Virus record (IMG/VR): IMGVR_UViG_3300030118_004184
Location: 1-28,254 of that record
From: a virus
Lineage: Duplodnaviria; Caudoviricetes
Length of the DNA stretch: 28,254 nucleotides
Strand: one strand, 5' to 3'
The position numbers and the translations under genes were made by a program. How positions within the stretch are numbered: the first letter of the stretch is position 1; every line of letters begins with the position of its first letter. The notes under the pieces are model-generated. The model saw nothing but the letters and a program-made list of their open reading frames with translations. It ran no database searches and was not told the DNA's origin. Positions 27,349 to 28,254 of the stretch are shown here, one piece after another.

Positions 27349-27404
27349 TCGATCTATCTTGATCTCATCAGTTCACCGATAACAGGTGAAGACACAAGCT
27401 TCAA
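27340..27404 (-). ncRNA. Type III hammerhead ribozyme
   Basis: GUGUC^ UUCACC-uguuauc-GGUGAA CUGAUGA GAUC-aagaua-GAUC GAAACAC: intact catalytic core with all three stems. Confidence 0.88.
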
Positions 27405-27827
27405 TCAGCTTGTCAATACTTCGACTGTAATCTCGTAGTGTTCATGAATCGACTTGTCGATGTCGACAAAGTAGAGAATACACTGATGCGCAATGTATTC
27501 CTCCAAAGCATCAGCAGCTTCGAACTCGTCTCTTTGCATGTGAATTGTATATCGCTGGATCAAAGTGTGGATAAAAAGAAGAGACTCGCGCCATTCGGCC
27601 ATGCTGATCTTTTCTCCAGTACTGAGAGAGATCGAAGGTGTATGAAAATATTCTGAACCATGATCGCGGATGGTTCGATCTATTCCGGCGAGTGCTTGAT
27701 ACAGGCTCGGCTGATTGTAATGAGGATTATATGTTTCCTGTTTACAATGTTGGCAAACAGCCGCCGACCATTCAAGATGGTTATAAGTATTTGTTTCATG
27801 ACATTCGAGGCATTTGATTTCGTACAT
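27405..27827 (-). CDS. Hypothetical early protein with N-terminal Zn ribbon
   Basis: CLEC...CQHC; AAGGA RBS within the shared leader. Confidence 0.7.
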   Translation of the reverse strand: MYEIKCLECHETNTYNHLEWSAAVCQHCKQETYNPHYNQPSLYQALAGIDRTIRDHGSEYFHTPSISLSTGEKISMAEWRESLLFIHTLIQRYTIHMQRDEFEAADALEEYIAHQCILYFVDIDKSIHEHYEITVEVLTS

Positions 27828-27892
27828 TTGATTTCCTTTAGGTGTTGAGTGTTTGAAGGGTGAGCAGTTGAAAAGCTTACTCAGGCATGATC

Positions 27893-28051
27893 TTAATTGA
27901 TAATTTTTTTTACTTGATAAATTGCAATGTGATATTGATAAATACCGAGTTTTTTGGATAGTTCTCTTCTAAGAACTTCAGCTTCCCATATAGAAGAACA
28001 AGGGTATGTATCACCGTTTGGTAGAGTCACAATGTATTCAATTTTTTCCAT
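27893..28051 (-). CDS. 52-aa early protein MEKIEYIVTLPNGD... (not in the ORF track)
   Basis: Open frame from ATG 28051 to TAA 27893; shared leader with AAGGA RBS; first gene after the promoter. Confidence 0.75.
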   Translation of the reverse strand: MEKIEYIVTLPNGDTYPCSSIWEAEVLRRELSKKLGIYQYHIAIYQVKKIIN

Positions 28052-28131
28052 TTGATTTTCCTTTGAGTATTGAGTGTTAAAGGGACCTCGGGCGTTGAGC
28101 CGTTCGCTTTGTAAGCGCCGGATCTGTATAC

Positions 28132-28160
28132 AATATAGCCGGAAAATATTATTTTATCAA
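28132..28160 (-). promoter_or_regulatory. Sigma70-type early promoter
   Basis: TTGATA-17 bp-TATATT with AT-rich sequence upstream. Confidence 0.6.
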
Positions 28161-28254
28161 CATAAATAATACTTTTGAGGTGAAATAGGGGTATTTTTCG
28201 CACTTTTGGAGTAATTTACGCTTTATTTCTCAGAAAAGTGATCGTTTTATCATC

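Larger units (their letters stand above)
1..28254 (-). mobile_element. Tailed bacteriophage genome (Caudoviricetes, siphovirus-like), probably complete
   Basis: Canonical order terS-terL-portal-protease-MCP-head/tail-tube-chaperones-TMP-tip-lysin, all on the minus strand; TTATCATC at both ends; no host housekeeping genes. Confidence 0.93.

Noticed and set aside
426-27848. Many plus-strand and nested minus-strand ORFs in the track (e.g. 3153-3557, 4845-5267, 19823-20191, 24368-24946)
   Set aside because: Antisense or off-frame shadows of well-supported genes, with no motifs or RBS
1-28254. Alternative genetic code (stop recoding)
   Set aside because: Core genes are full length in the standard code, and TAA, TGA and TAG all end genes, several with coupled overlaps

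Overview
This window looks like a complete or near-complete ~28.3 kb tailed-phage genome with siphovirus-type, HK97-fold morphogenesis genes. The first and last 8 nt are identical (TTATCATC), and essentially every real gene is on the minus strand. Gene order from right to left: early/accessory genes (Zn-ribbon protein, HNH nuclease, RHH regulator), a detached three-gene fibre/spike module, a replication-initiator-like gene, small genes, two amino-methyltransferases, a metallophosphoesterase, terS, terL, a holin-like gene, portal, MuF/gp7, prohead protease, capsid, head-tail genes, tail tube, chaperones, tape measure, tail tip, amidase endolysin and a membrane lysis accessory. I see no integrase, polymerase, helicase, tRNA or CRISPR array. 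The most interesting signal is a dense RNA-level control layer that the ORF track does not show. (1) A ~60-nt sRNA with its own promoter and terminator is antisense to a leader/RBS motif shared by four genes. (2) A type III hammerhead ribozyme overlaps one of those leaders. (3) A second leader motif (GGGCTGAC) precedes three genes, and its complement lies in a terminator loop. (4) The tail chaperone gene has a prfB/RF2-like +1 frameshift cassette. (5) An A10 slippery site could fuse portal to MuF. (6) Two inverted copies of a ~110-bp imperfect palindrome are present. All protein calls rest on motifs and synteny read by eye; no database search was run.
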